From: an uncultured Chloroflexia bacterium
GTDB lineage: Bacteria > Chloroflexota > Anaerolineae > B4-G1 > SLSP01
NCBI GenBank assembly: GCA_963751345.1
Contig: CAVVUS010000030.1
Location: forward strand, 64,001 to 128,000
Reading direction: 5' to 3'
DNA: 64,000 nucleotides
A program made the position numbers and the translations under genes. Below, piece after piece: positions 1 to 9,403 of this stretch; position 1 is the first letter of the stretch; each line of letters opens with the position of its first letter. A model generated the notes under the pieces. That model saw nothing but the letters and a program-made list of their open reading frames with translations. It ran no database searches and had not been told where the DNA came from.

Positions 1-1
1 T

Positions 2-1681
2 GGGGCGTCACCGATCTACGCTAACAGCCAGAGCCCGCACGTCAATCGGGACACCGCCGCCCAGGTGCTGGGACTGGACGTCGACCGGGTCCGCGTGATC
101 CAGCCGCCCGTCGGAGGCTCTTTCGGCGGGAAGGACGACGTACTCTACCAGACCTCGGCACAGGCCGCCAAGCTGGCGCTGCTCTCAGGCCTTCCGGTGC
201 GCATCGTCCTCACACGGCCCGAGTCGATGGCCGCCTCCTACAAGCGCCAGGCAATGCGCAGCCGGATCACGCTGGCGGCGGAGCACGATGGCACGCTGCG
301 CGCCGCCAAAGCCCGGCTGACGATAGACAACGGTGCCTATGCCGCGGCCACGCCCCTGGCGTCGTGGCGTGCGACGATGCACGCCGCGGGCGCCTATCGT
401 TACGAGGCCGTGCACGTGGACACGCAGGTGGTCTACACCAACAATGGCTATGCGGGCGCCTTTCGCGGTTTCGGCAACACGCAGGCAAGCGGCGCGGCGG
501 AGCTGGCGATCGACGAGTTAGCAGAGCGACTGGGCCGCGACCCGCTTGAGTTCCGGCTGCAGAACTGTCTCAGACCGGGAGATCGCACGATGACAGGCGA
601 CCGGTTGGGGGACTCCGTCGGCCTGGCAGCGTGTCTCGAATGGGTGCGAGATCGCTCCGATTGGGCACGCAAGCGAGCGCTGTATACTGCGCAGCCCGGC
701 GACGCAGACAGTCGCCGCGGCATCGGCGTGGCCTGCTACTTCCACGGGAGCGGGCTCGGCGGCGAGGGCCTGGACTTTGCCACGGCGACGATCACCATCG
801 AACACGATAACGGGATCACATTGACCTCCGGGCTGACCGACTTCGGGCAGGGGAGCCGCACCGTTTTTGCCCTGCTGGCGGCCGAGACGCTGGGCGTGGA
901 GATGTCGCGCGTCCGCGTCCTGCGCCCGGACACCCAGACCGCGCTCGACTCGGGGCCCACGGTGGCCTCCCGTGCGTCAATCGTCGGTGGCAATGCCGTG
1001 CGCGTCACAGCCGAGAAGATCGTCCGTGTCCTGGCGCTGGCGGCTGCCGACCTGCTGGGCTGCACGCCGGAGCAGCTCATCCGCGACGGGGAACGGTATA
1101 TCGGCCCTTCAGAGGAGCCCGCATCCTTTGAGACCGTCGTCGGCCACGCACGCGAGATGGGGCTACAGCTCTCGGCGGAGGGGCGGTGGCAGATCCCCAC
1201 CATCGATTGGGACTTCAGCCACGGCACCGGCAAGCCCTATGCCATCTACGTCTTTGGCGCGCAAGTGGCCGAGGTAGAGGTCAACGGTCGCACAGGGCGA
1301 ACCCGCGTGCTCAAGATCTGGGCTGCCCACGATGCCGGGACCATCCTCTACCCTCAGGGGGCGCTCGGGCAGATGTACGGTGGCATCGCTCAGGGGTTGG
1401 GCTATGCGCTGACGGAGACCTTCCGTTTCGTGAACGGCGTCCCCCAGGCGTTGGATTATGACCGGTACCGGATCCCCCGCGCGATGGACGTCCCGGAGAT
1501 CGAGGCGACCTACATCGAGACGAGTGCCCTTAAGGGTACAAGCGGCTCCCAGGGTCCCTACGGTGCCAAGAACCTCGCGGAACCCGTGATGATCGCGACG
1601 GCCCCCGCCATCGCCAACGCCTTTGCCCAGGCTACCGGACAGCGGGTGCGCACGCTACCGCTTCCGAGGCTGCCATATTAG
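2..1681 (+). CDS. Xanthine dehydrogenase family molybdopterin-binding subunit (5' partial)
   Basis: Motifs VGGSFGGKD, GAFRGFG, GQGSRT, GPTVASR, GGIAQGLGYAL, GPYGAK. The frame is open from the window start (IYANSQSPH...). Confidence 0.9.
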   Translation, partial: GASPIYANSQSPHVNRDTAAQVLGLDVDRVRVIQPPVGGSFGGKDDVLYQTSAQAAKLALLSGLPVRIVLTRPESMAASYKRQAMRSRITLAAEHDGTLRAAKARLTIDNGAYAAATPLASWRATMHAAGAYRYEAVHVDTQVVYTNNGYAGAFRGFGNTQASGAAELAIDELAERLGRDPLEFRLQNCLRPGDRTMTGDRLGDSVGLAACLEWVRDRSDWARKRALYTAQPGDADSRRGIGVACYFHGSGLGGEGLDFATATITIEHDNGITLTSGLTDFGQGSRTVFALLAAETLGVEMSRVRVLRPDTQTALDSGPTVASRASIVGGNAVRVTAEKIVRVLALAAADLLGCTPEQLIRDGERYIGPSEEPASFETVVGHAREMGLQLSAEGRWQIPTIDWDFSHGTGKPYAIYVFGAQVAEVEVNGRTGRTRVLKIWAAHDAGTILYPQGALGQMYGGIAQGLGYALTETFRFVNGVPQALDYDRYRIPRAMDVPEIEATYIETSALKGTSGSQGPYGAKNLAEPVMIATAPAIANAFAQATGQRVRTLPLPRLPY

Positions 1682-2847
1682 GCTTGGGGATTTGGATTGC
1701 CGTCGCGCTCAGAGCTGTGCATCCATGGCCGCAGATATAGGGTCGCCTCGGGGCCGTGCGGCCCATTCGTCTGCGAACGCCCGTTCGTCTGCGAACGCCC
1801 GTTCGTCTGCGAACGCTCGATCGTGCGCGTGAACAGGCTGTGCATGCGTAGGTGTCCGGTGGTTGGGGCAGCGACCGCGTCGGCAGCTTGCCAGTCCGGC
1901 AAGAGCACGTCGGCTACGGCGCGAAAGGGAGCACTGTCCCAGCCCAGCGACTCGATCCAGACTGCCACCCTATGGGCCGTCTCCTGAGGCGTGAGCATCG
2001 GCGGGGGAAAAGCCGCGGTAACGGTCAGTTCGCGCACGAGCGCCGCTGGCGGGATCCAGGCGCAGCGCGATGCCGGATCTGCTCTTGGCAGCCAGCGATT
2101 CGCGCAGGATGCCGGGAATCTCAGGGACCACTGCTTCGGGATCGGCGGGGAGACCCAGGGCGGCGAGCAGCTCGCCCACAAAGGCGCGGCGCCAGCCGTG
2201 GAGTTCATAGTAGAGCTTACAGGCTATCCGACCGTCCTTCCCCAGGCCGAAGCCTAACTCCTGTGGGAAGCCAACCGCGTCCAGCCGATCGAGAGCGGCC
2301 CGCGACCAGCGGCCCCAGGCTGGAGCGGGATACCCGCGGCTGCCAACGCCGCTTCGAGACGAGCGCGCCCACCCCCACCCAGCTCGGTATCCATCAAATT
2401 CAGGTATATCTTGAGTATGGGCTGCATCGGGGCCTGATCGGTTCCAGGGGCAACGTCCAGCCCGCCCCACACCCAGAAGCGGGTCGTCTCCGGCACGGGC
2501 AGATCGGGGGAAACCAACTGGCTTATCCCGGGCATGATCCGGTCATAGGCCTGGGCGTAGCCCAGTTCCTGCGCCAGCTCGGCCAGGCTCTCCAGAGCCG
2601 AGAGTGCCCGAGGGTAGGGCGGCAGATACGGGTCGCCCACCTCAGCGGCACAGCGCAGCGCCGGGCTGGCGGAAGGACCAACATTGACCGAGAACTCCAA
2701 CGGTAGCCCACCTGCCAGTGTCGAGAGCTGTGCGGAGGGAAAGGGGCACGGCGCAGCCAGGCTGCGTGCTGTCAGACGGTCGACCAGGTGCTGCGCCTCA
2801 TGAGCGGCCGGGGGCGAAATCCGACTGCCAGACGCCACACCTTGCAC
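1678..2847 (-). CDS. Putative ABBA/DMATS-like aromatic prenyltransferase domain (split over three frames; possibly the C-terminal half of a fusion with 2926-3966)
   Basis: Joining ORFs 2254-2847, 1970-2470 and 1678-2208 gives PLEFSV, LKIYL, CKLYY and terminal TLYLRP. These resemble the P-x-EFS / K-x-Y / K-x-Y / Y-x-x-P pattern of tryptophan dimethylallyltransferase-like enzymes. Confidence 0.5.
1761..1814. repeat. 3 x 18-bp tandem repeat (GCCCGTTCGTCTGCGAAC), in frame, encoding RSQTNG x3
   Basis: Directly visible. Units contain the inverted repeat GTTCG-N4-CGAAC (first unit has one mismatch); no spacers. Confidence 0.95.
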
Positions 2848-2925
2848 CAGATTCGCGCCAGGCCAGAGGACACAAATGCTGCGGTATGCCCCCCGGCGTG
2901 AACCTCCATAAGTGTCTGGACGAAT

Positions 2926-3966
2926 CTACCGGGTCTGTAGAGCAGACGGCGAGATCGGTCGCCAGAGGCTTTCGTCCCGCGCAGGATGCCGATTGGGGGA
3001 CAGCAACGCTCCCTCAACCATCCCGGCGTGCAGAGCCAATGCGCGGAGGGCGCTGGACGTCGCAAACAGCCGCCTGGCGTCTGTGGCCTGCAGGTCGTCG
3101 AGCCCGCGCGCCCCCGGATGAGAAGGGGGAACCCGCAGCACCGGTGCAGAGGGCCAGCCGCCGTCGCTATCCTGGCGAGAGAGCAGGCGGCGCGCCAGGC
3201 GGTGGACAGCCTGCTCATCGCCCAGCAAGGCATAGGCGTGCAGGGCCCAGGCCTCGTCAAATGCGGTCAGCGGCATCCGGCGCAGCCGCACCGGGCGAGC
3301 CAGTAAGGGGGAACCGGACTGCGCCCGAGCTTCCAGCGCCATTCCGGTAGCGTAAGCAGGAGAGGTCCACCAATATCCATCCCAGCCACCATCCAGCCTC
3401 TGGGCCGGGACCAGCAGATGGGCCCACTCTGCCGCCAGCTCAGCACGGGAGAGGCGCCCCAGATCGAACAACGCCCTGAGCGCGGCAGCGGTTACGCCGG
3501 CGTGTGGCTGCGCCCACGGGTTCTCCGGGTCGGAGAAGGTGTAGGTGCGGAAGCCGCCGGGTGCAGCATCCACATCGCTCCAGGTGCGGCAGCTCAACAA
3601 GAATGCAATCGCCTCGGCCGGTGCAGGCAGCCCCAGCCGAGCCAGCAGGGAAAGACTGTGGGCGGTCGAGTCGGCATCCGGCGCCACCTGGCTGTTATAT
3701 CCCCAGCCGCCGTGTGGACGCGGCTGGGCCAGCAGCCAAGCTGCAGCGCGCTGTGCTGCAGACAATGCCTCTTGCCGGACCTGCGGATCGAGCACAGGGC
3801 TTCCCGAGGCGGCATGCATCCCCAGGCCAACGAAGGCGGTCGCCCAGGCATCCGAAGTGCCCACCGGAAGCCAGAAGTCAGTCCAGGCGCCAGAGGACGC
3901 CTGCAAGCGCAGCAGATAAGCAATGGCCGCCGTCAGACGGCGGCCAAGTTCCCGATCAGCTCCCAT
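2926..3966 (-). CDS. Prenyltransferase/squalene-hopene cyclase-like QW-repeat (alpha/alpha barrel) protein
   Basis: QW-type repeats YLLRLQASSGAW, WLLAQPRPHGGW, AQRLDGGW, LLSRQDSDGGW, and a DADST motif resembling the class II DxDD motif. Confidence 0.75.
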   Translation of the reverse strand: MGADRELGRRLTAAIAYLLRLQASSGAWTDFWLPVGTSDAWATAFVGLGMHAASGSPVLDPQVRQEALSAAQRAAAWLLAQPRPHGGWGYNSQVAPDADSTAHSLSLLARLGLPAPAEAIAFLLSCRTWSDVDAAPGGFRTYTFSDPENPWAQPHAGVTAAALRALFDLGRLSRAELAAEWAHLLVPAQRLDGGWDGYWWTSPAYATGMALEARAQSGSPLLARPVRLRRMPLTAFDEAWALHAYALLGDEQAVHRLARRLLSRQDSDGGWPSAPVLRVPPSHPGARGLDDLQATDARRLFATSSALRALALHAGMVEGALLSPNRHPARDESLWRPISPSALQTR

Positions 3967-3983
3967 AGATGCCCCGATCAGAT

Positions 3984-6255
3984 CTAGTCAGACTCCGGGG
4001 GATTAGGGAAGACGAATACGTTGGTCCCCTCGCCGTCTTTCTCGTCACTCCACTGGCCTTCGTGATCGAAGTACACGTTCTGGACCTGATACTTGAAGGT
4101 TGCCAGGGCGCCGGCCTGCTCCCCCAGGATTTCCTTCAGATTGCGCTGCAAGGTCACCTGAGCGGATGCTGCTATCCTTGCCCAACACCACTTGCTCGGC
4201 GGCAAAGCCCGCGCGCAGGAGCTTCACCTTCAGGCGAAACAGGTTGGCGAATTTGTCGGGTAGAGTAGCCTGCTCAAAGACTGGGCACTCAACGGTTACC
4301 TTCTGGGCCAGGCTGGTGTTGGGGAAGATCTCGTGAACGCGGTCGAGCACCCGGCTTGGAGTTTCGGTGAGGTTCTGCCCTGCCAGTTCGGCCTGAATGG
4401 CATTCCACACCTGGGAGGCGTCTTCGCTGCCCGAGGAGCTGGCGGATTTCGGTTCCAGATCAACCGTCAAGGTGCCTTGGGCCGCCAATGTGGCGGGGAA
4501 GTCCGGTGCGACAGCTTCGGCTTCGTACACCTCCAGTGGCGTGACCGAGTTTGTATCGTACTGGAGTAGGCGCGGCAGACAGCCGCCCAGGCTGACCTCC
4601 AGTGGGGCCAGGTTAGTGATCTCTACCTGCCGGGGCGAGAGTGAGTCGGGAGGCAGATGCACTTCCAGCGGTAATCCGGCAAGGTCGTCAAACGTCAGGC
4701 GTACGGGCACGCGCCGCTCCAACACCTGTTCCGTCCCGCCTTCGCTAGCAGGTGGGCGGGTTTCCAGGCGCACCTTCACCTCTCCGGTCAGGCCGGGAGA
4801 GTTCTCACGCGTCAGCAACTCCGCCAGGAATCGGTAGAATTCCAGGCTCAGATCGAGCGTGACCTGGAAGCCGTTCTCCAGGCTGATCGCCACCTCTTCC
4901 CCATCCAAGGCCTGAATCTGCTCGGGGAAAGCACTGGTCAAGCGCAGGCTTGCGCTTTCATAGCCACCCGTCACCACGCTAGGAGATGCCAGGGCGCCGC
5001 CGGTCGACACCCGCAGGAAGTCGCGCAGCCGCACCAGTTGGACCGGATCGTGCCAGGGCATCGCGCCCAGGGTCACGCGGACGCGCACTTCGTCCTGGTC
5101 GCTGCGGTACAGGAACGGGATCAGATAGGGGGTCCCCATCTCGACGTGGAATGCCAGCCGTATCTCGTCCGGCAGGCGATAGACCGTGTTCGGGAAGTCC
5201 GCCGTGCGCACCAATCCGAAACCCGAATCTGTCCAATGCTCGGTGATGCCGGAGGTGCCCAGGAGCGCGGCGTAGATCGGCCGGTTGGCCTGCAAGTCAG
5301 AATCGAAGGTGAACGGCAGCCGGCGGTCAAGGCTGGCGGTATGGAAGTTGGGTTGGGTTCGGCGTTTGCGTTCCGCGTCGACGACCATCTTGAGCCGGTC
5401 GGCCATCAGCAAGGTGGCGAATCTGTTCCTGGGCACAGCAGCCCCGCCGGCGCCGGCGAACGTCGCGATGAGGTGCGGTGAAAGGGTGTGAGATGCTGCT
5501 GCCGGGTGGCCGGAGGACGGCTGTGCCCCGGCGGTGTGCAATAGAGTAGCCGCAAGATGGGCCTCGTGAGCGGCGATAACAGGGCCATGGTGTATGACCG
5601 GGCCGACGACACCTCCCGAACCCGTGTGGCCACCGCCCGACTGCGGATCGTCGGTCCAGTAACCGAACGACAGGACCACCTGCAGGGACGCGGCGGAGTC
5701 TGCCCGGCTGAGGGCCTGGAAAAGCGGCTCGACCTCGCCCGAATCCAACTCACTCCCCACACGAATGACGAAGTTGGACTGCGTGCTGTCCTCCGGGTTG
5801 TCCGTGCCCATAAGGGTAGGCTGATCAAAGACGCGCTGGTGGTCTTGGCCCTGTGCGTCGCGCCAATGCAGGGTGACGGAGTCGACCCGCACGTTGAACG
5901 GTTCGGCATCCGCCGGTAGCCCTGGAAGAGGGGACTCTTCCAGGCTGAACTGCAGGCGCACGTTTCCATCCGCGTCCTTGAGGAAGCGCACGTCGGGGCC
6001 GGGGAGGTCGCCGGGGCGCCGGCTAATACTCAGTAACGGGCGGTAGTAAAGATGGCCATCCTTCGCAGTGTAGGCGCGCCCATCTTGGAGTGGCTGCTGA
6101 GATGGATCGAAGTGCGGAGCGTTCTCATCTCCGGCGATCCCCGCAATGTAACGCATCTTGGCAAAGGGCATGCCCACCGCCAGCCTGGGTTCCACGGCAG
6201 TGGTCGTGACTGCGGCGGGCAGTGCATTGATCTTCAGAGTGTTCTTTTCAGGCAT
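3984..6255 (-). CDS. Hypothetical protein, divergent member (H) of the paralog cluster; frameshift near 4150
   Basis: ORF 4045-6288 plus C-terminal piece 3984-4205; ATG at 6255 with a GGAG RBS. TVYRLPDEIRLAFHVEMGTPYLIPFLY resembles the family motif; His/Gly-rich linker. Confidence 0.75.
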
Positions 6256-6309
6256 ATCTATCGTCTCCAGTTCCGGGTGGCGTTCCAAGTCCCCCGGTAT
6301 CCGAGCCGC

Positions 6310-8577
6310 CTACTGCACCACCAGCACCGGTTCCTCAGTCGGCTGCCAATCCTCTTCGCGGTTATCAGCAGGGTCTTGTGCGATTAGCCGCAAGCGGTAC
6401 TGATAACCTTTCTTGGATGCGTCACGCAACAGCACCTTCCAGGACTGATCGGCTGAGTTCACCTCGTTGAAGGTGAAGTTCTTGGTCTGGTGAACGTCGT
6501 TGGCGTCATCGTCGTACTTGAGCATCACGATGGCGATCTTGTACTTGCTCCAATCCACCAGGCTGGCGATAACCGTGACCTCCAGGGCGTCCACCGCTCC
6601 CACGCCAACCGGGATGGTCTCGTCCAACTTACCTTTCTGGGCGGGCTTCTCCTGCCGCGAGCCGTTCGTGAAGACGATGATCACGTCATACTCGAAATCG
6701 AGGCTGTTCGGATCGCGAAGGCCTAGGGTCCAGGCGCTGGTATCGCCGTTCTTGATCAGTTCCGCGTGGAACGTCCCGGTGAGGTCATTCGCGGCGTCCG
6801 TATAGCGCGCATCCACGATAATCTTGTCGACCACGGCGAAATCGGCTTGGGCCAGAAAGCGGGTCGTGGTAGTGCGCTCGAACGGGTCAGGGATGGTCAG
6901 GATCTCAGCCTGGCTGCTCTGTTCGGGCGTATCCATCTTCTGTCCATCTGCCAGTACGTACGTAAGCTGATAGCGGTAGGGATCCGGCTCGCCGGTTTTC
7001 CCGGTGTAGATGAAGTACGTAGCGGTCGGCTTCTCACGCGTCAATTCGAACTGCTGTTGGGCACCGGGCGTCGTGATGCCGGGATAGCGGATATTAGCAT
7101 TGACTGACGTCACATTGTCTGGTAGGGCGCCCAGGGTCAGGTTGACCTTGACAAACCCCAGGCGCCGATAAGAGATCACCAATTGACGCTCGCTCGACTC
7201 CAACGCCCCACTGGAGGGAATGCGAATGCTCTGACCGGTATCCTTGTAGGTTAGCTCGCTCCAGTAGTGATAGCTGTCCTTGGGAGCGCCGTCACTGCCT
7301 TTCGCCATGATCACCCGCCAGCGCCCAATCTGGTCAGACTGTCTGAAGAGGAAATCCTTGGCACGCTTGATGTGCTCGTTGCGGATCTCATCCTGTTGGT
7401 CGTAATCCAATGAAACCTTGAGGGCGAAGACCGGGTCGTCGGTGAAGTTGACGTTGGGGTAGACGGTGACGTCCAGCTCCTGGAAGAAGGTCTGGCTGAG
7501 ATCCACATAGACGGTGTTAGCCTTGATTTCCTCTGGCGTAAGCGCCTGGAACAGCAAAGCGTTGGGGTTGCAGACCTTTTTCACCAGCTGTGAACGCGTG
7601 ATGGTCATATCGATGTGCCCGGTGAGCGACTCGTGCACCGGGATCATGGCATGGGGATCCTTGATCTCCTTGGCAACGTCCTCGAAGGCCTTTTCGAAGA
7701 ACGCCGGCAGGATGTTGGTCTGCACGATCTGGAAGGCCATATCCTGAAGTTTGTCGTTCATCTCGCTGCGTTCATCGCCGGGCAGGGAGGTGTCGTCGAC
7801 ATCGATCGTCAGGTTGTGAAACTCATTGCGGAAGCGGCTGATGCTCGACAGTTCATTCCATTCCACCGTCCAACTACGTTCGGTCCAGGTAATGCCCAGG
7901 AACGTATCACGCTCGACGTGTGTCCAGCGGTGGCGAACATAGTTCTTGACCTCATCGTAGAACGCGCCGCGATCGCCGTGAATACGAATGGTAATCGCCG
8001 GGATCTTGGCGGCGAACGACAGGTTGTACCATACACCGGAGGGGTTCTTGCCCTTTTCCACCGACTGGCGGAACAGCTCGGCACCGTCCTGGTTCAGGTT
8101 GGCCGTAAAGCTGGCGACATTGGTACCGATGAGCGACGGCACACTCGAACCGGCAGACTGGATGACCATATCGTCGGGCACCACCCGGAACTCCACTTTG
8201 CCGTCCAACCAGAGCGGCGGATACCCCAGCTCCGGCTCTGTGTTAGTGACCCGGTTGCGCAGGAAGAAAAAGCCGCGATTGCGCTCTTCCGCCAGCTTCT
8301 GGCGCAGGAAGTCACGGATCTTATCCTCGGCATCCTTGGTGACCGCTGCCTGGGTCGTCATCGCCACATAGCCGCGCTCGACCTCAAGCTGGTCGGGCGG
8401 CAGGGTGTCGGCATTGCGGGCGTAGAGAATGAACAGGAAGATCGGCTGGTTCTCATCGTCGCGGGCCACCGTGGCGCGCTCTGAAACCATGTAGAAGCGG
8501 TGAGGTACGTCATCATCGCGGTAGATCTTGACGTTCGGAACCGTCGGGACGTCAAACGAATCATAGAGAGTGAGCAT
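6310..8577 (-). CDS. Uncharacterised paralog G (755 aa): conserved core plus beta-sandwich-like repeats
   Basis: Intact ORF with an AGGAG RBS. Motifs IYRDDDVPHRFY, VPSLIGTNVASF...DGAELF and repeated Y-x-Y...DG modules. Confidence 0.85.
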   Translation of the reverse strand: MLTLYDSFDVPTVPNVKIYRDDDVPHRFYMVSERATVARDDENQPIFLFILYARNADTLPPDQLEVERGYVAMTTQAAVTKDAEDKIRDFLRQKLAEERNRGFFFLRNRVTNTEPELGYPPLWLDGKVEFRVVPDDMVIQSAGSSVPSLIGTNVASFTANLNQDGAELFRQSVEKGKNPSGVWYNLSFAAKIPAITIRIHGDRGAFYDEVKNYVRHRWTHVERDTFLGITWTERSWTVEWNELSSISRFRNEFHNLTIDVDDTSLPGDERSEMNDKLQDMAFQIVQTNILPAFFEKAFEDVAKEIKDPHAMIPVHESLTGHIDMTITRSQLVKKVCNPNALLFQALTPEEIKANTVYVDLSQTFFQELDVTVYPNVNFTDDPVFALKVSLDYDQQDEIRNEHIKRAKDFLFRQSDQIGRWRVIMAKGSDGAPKDSYHYWSELTYKDTGQSIRIPSSGALESSERQLVISYRRLGFVKVNLTLGALPDNVTSVNANIRYPGITTPGAQQQFELTREKPTATYFIYTGKTGEPDPYRYQLTYVLADGQKMDTPEQSSQAEILTIPDPFERTTTTRFLAQADFAVVDKIIVDARYTDAANDLTGTFHAELIKNGDTSAWTLGLRDPNSLDFEYDVIIVFTNGSRQEKPAQKGKLDETIPVGVGAVDALEVTVIASLVDWSKYKIAIVMLKYDDDANDVHQTKNFTFNEVNSADQSWKVLLRDASKKGYQYRLRLIAQDPADNREEDWQPTEEPVLVVQ

Positions 8578-8648
8578 TGACTATCTCTCCTTATCGGCGA
8601 ACTCTTCGACTACGCTAACTGCGATCGCATCGTTTGCCTGCCCATCCC

Positions 8649-9363
8649 TCACAGTACGATCTCCTCGACCCCGGAACGCAGTTCGCCTGCTGTAAGGCCT
8701 AACGGGCCTTGCGCCTCAACGGGAAAAGGGATCGCTTGGGTGAAGGAAGCATCATAGGTACTTTGAACACTGTAAATGCTGCTGCTGCCGGCGGCGCTAT
8801 CATCGTCGAAGACCTCGGTCGTGCCCGTATACCGCTCTTGGCGGGCGGCCTCGGTCTGCAGGTCGTAGCGGATGGTTGCATCGGGCAGCCCCTCTTTCCA
8901 CAGGTGCTGAAGCTGCCGAGCCTGCTCGGCGTCCAGAGACAAACTCAGGGCCGCTTCATTGCGCGCCCAACAAGGAGGGCTCACCACGCAATTCCAGGTC
9001 GGCGCCGAGGCGAACGATCACCGCGCCGCTCGTCCATGCCGGAGCAACCAGGTCGATCGTTACCGGCGCGCCAGGCGATAGCTTCTCTTCCTGGCGCCGG
9101 AGGGCCTGCAGGCGCCGGCGCAGCAGGTCGGCCTCATCGGCACTCAGCGCGAAGCTGGTCGCCAGATTCAAGTAACCGCCGGAAAGCTGAAAACCACCGG
9201 CGGTCTTTCTGCCATACAGCAGCAGAGAGATGATAGGACCACCGTCAGGATCGCGTGCCAAGCGCGGGGCAGACGGGTAGGCGTAGAAACGCTGCGGCTG
9301 CCGGTCATCCCGGTAGACCGTCACGTCCGGTAGAACGGAAACTGGCTGAGCAGGATCGAGCAT
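8649..9363 (-). CDS. Short core-only paralog F (~238 aa; frameshift near 8960)
   Basis: ORFs 8956-9363 and 8649-8987 join at GEPSLLG/NEAALSLSL. Motifs VYRDDRQPQRFYAYPSAPRLARD and GGYLNL. Confidence 0.8.
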
Positions 9364-9403
9364 CAGGCCTCCGTTACGTCAACACCAGAATTCGGTTCGC
9401 AAC

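Noticed and set aside
2926-2928. In-frame TAG as pyrrolysine or programmed readthrough
   Set aside because: No pyl genes are in view and the region has several apparent errors. A sequencing error or a true stop is simpler.
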